Assembly: GCA_002269645.1 (NCBI GenBank)
Contig: NIVC01000814.1
Coordinates: forward strand, 62,001 to 126,000
DNA length: 64,000 bases
Origin: Macrostomum lignano
Taxonomy: Eukaryota
Direction: 5' to 3'
The notes under the pieces are model-generated. The model had not been told where the DNA came from. It worked only from the letters and a program-made list of their open reading frames with translations, and did no database searches. The number at the start of each line of letters is the position of its first letter. The stretch's first letter is position 1. Positions 62,199 to 64,000 of this stretch are shown here, piece after piece. The position numbers and the translations under genes are program-made.

Positions 62199-63557
62199 TC
62201 AATCCACCCTATAGAACTGCTGCAATCGTTTAGCCAATAGCGGCGCTCTCAGCTCCGGACTGGCCAGATGCCTGTGCAATAGCCGGACTGTGGCGCTCTC
62301 GCTGCGACTCCATTCGGTCAGCAGTTTGGCCATTGGCGAGGCCAATCCTGACCAAGCGGGCACAGAGTCGGCAAATCCTAGCCGATCTGCAAGCATTCGC
62401 CAATCGTTGCCAGCACGCCTTTCCATGTTAAGATCCAAGCAGATCCACTGGCGCAGGTCGCGGTTCATCTGGCTAATTGGCGTGCAGCCTGGCAGGCGTT
62501 GGGCCGGCTGTTGAGGGTTGGAGGAGTTTAGATTAGACATGTCCGAGTTCGTCTACTTATATAAGTAGAAAGTAAAGAATATGACACGAAAATTTTGCAA
62601 GGTGGGAAAATAAATGTCGTAAAGAGTGCATGGTTTAAGTAGAAGTTCTGTTTAGAACAGCTTATTGAGAGGAGTCTAACCTTTGTCAAAAAGGCTTAGA
62701 GCGATTCTTAAAGGGCCAGGGCGATTCTTATGAAGGGCCAGGGCGATTCTTATGAAGGGCCAGGGCGATTCTTATGAAGGGTCAGGGCGATTCTTATAAA
62801 GGGCCAGGGCGATTCTTATGAAGGGCCAGGGCGATTCTTATGAAGGGTCAGGGCGATTCTTATAAAGGGCCAGGGCGATTCTTATAAAGGGCCAGGGAGA
62901 TTCTTATAAAGGGCCAGGGCGATTCTTATAAAGGGCCAGGGCGATTCTTATAAAAGGGCCAGGGCGATTCTTTTAAAGGGCCAGGGCGATTCTTATGAAG
63001 GGTCAGGGCGATTCTTATAAAGGGCCAGGGCGATTCTTATAAAGGGCCAGGGAGATTCTTATAAAGGGCCAGGGCGATTCTTATAAAGGGCCAGGGCGAT
63101 TCTTATGAAGGGCCAGGGCGATTCTTATAAAGGGCCAGGGCGATTCTTATAAAGGGCCAGGGCGATTATTTTAAAAGGCCGCTGTGATTCTTGTAAGGGG
63201 TTTTAAAATAAGGTAATGGTGATTAAAAGGGAAGAAATTAAAATCTATTGCAACTCAATGCCTGACACAGTTGCACTCACCGGTTTTAGAGTCAAAACGT
63301 TGCTACGATCGGGAAACGCGGCCAGCGGACTTAGCGATATTTTTCTCTCAAAATCTTCAATAGAATTATTGTGACGATATCGTTTTTCTTAATTACGTAT
63401 AACAGAACAAGGAATCAAAAATTAAATGACTAACCATCTAGCAGAGCTGATGGATCCTGATTTTCCGTGACAGCCTGTACAGCATTCTCAGACATGCTGG
63501 TCAATTGCCGAGGATCTTTGCCGTCCTTGCGATCCAACGCGTCTCGCACTGATTTGC
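62199..63557 (-). CDS. 3' part of a multi-exon gene ending in a death domain; 5' part lies beyond the window
   Basis: Exons 63557-63435 (phase 1/1), 63354-63281 (phase 1/0) and 62552-62199 splice into one open frame. Death domain RQWICLDLNMERRAGNDWRMLADRLGF...SPMAKLLTEW...ATVRLL. GNDWRMLA recalls UNC5-type death domains and ATVxxL recalls MyD88/IRAK-type ones. Confidence 0.78.
62700..63180. repeat. 22/24-bp minisatellite in the death-domain gene intron (AGGGCCAGGGCGATTCTTAT[G]AA)
   Basis: Lies within intron 62553-63280. Confidence 0.95.
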
Positions 63558-63589
63558 CTGCGATGCGATATGGCCATATTTAGGGTATT

Positions 63590-64000
63590 GTTGTCAGGGC
63601 GAGAGACAGTAGGGTGTCAGGGTGGAGAGACAGTAGGGTGTCACGGGGGAGAGACAGTAGGGTGTCAGGGGAAGAGACAGTAGGGTGTCAGGGGAAGAGA
63701 CAGTAGGGTGTCAGGGAAGAGACAGTAGGGTGTCAGGGGAAGAGACAGTAGGGTGTCAGGGAAGAGACAGTAGGGTGTCAGGGTGGAGAGACAGTAGGGT
63801 GTCAGGAGGAGAGACAGTAGGGTGTCAGGGGAAGAGACAGTAGGGTGTCAGGGGAAGAGACAGTAGGGTGTCAGGGAAGAGACAGTAGGGTGTCAGGGAA
63901 GAGACAGTAGGGTGTCAGGGGAAGAGACAGTAGGGTGTCAGGGGAAGAGACAGTAGGGTGTCAGGGGAAGAGACAGTAGGGTGTCAGGGAAGAGACAGTA
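63590..64000. repeat. 22/23-bp minisatellite (GAGACAGTAGGGTGTCAGGG[G]AA) running off the window end
   Basis: Direct inspection; upstream intron of the death-domain gene. Confidence 0.95.

Noticed and set aside
62199-62540. Stand-alone death-domain-only (MyD88-like decoy) gene as suggested by the ORF track
   Set aside because: Two upstream exons splice in frame, so it is more likely the last exon of a longer gene extending past the window.

Overview
Eukaryotic (animal) genomic DNA with spliceosomal GT-AG introns. Almost every long intron is filled by its own tandem minisatellite. This architecture and the gene set suggest a free-living flatworm such as Macrostomum, which is an inference only. 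I could splice seven genes by hand with consistent exon phases or read them as a single coding exon: a beta-roll-repeat plus RING E3 ligase (+, 4890-5567); GW182/TNRC6 (-, 12537-17410); a coiled-coil protein with a C-terminal CAP-Gly domain (+, 23989-38365, 9 exons); a two-domain protein ending in a divergent DHFR, with a one-base frameshift in a T7 run (+, 39521-41792); a DEG/ENaC channel (-, 43131-48491, 6 exons); an Mx-like dynamin GTPase (-, 51647-59017, 6 exons); and the 3' end of a death-domain protein (-, 62199 to beyond the window). Also present are tRNA-Arg(ACG), a two-exon THAP-only ORF, a Tc1/mariner deletion derivative, a MITE with an 8-bp TSD whose empty site survives nearby, a probable tRNA-derived SINE and about 35 tandem arrays. 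Most long ORFs in the supplied track are artefacts of stop-free repeat units. All homology calls come from motif recognition, not database searches.
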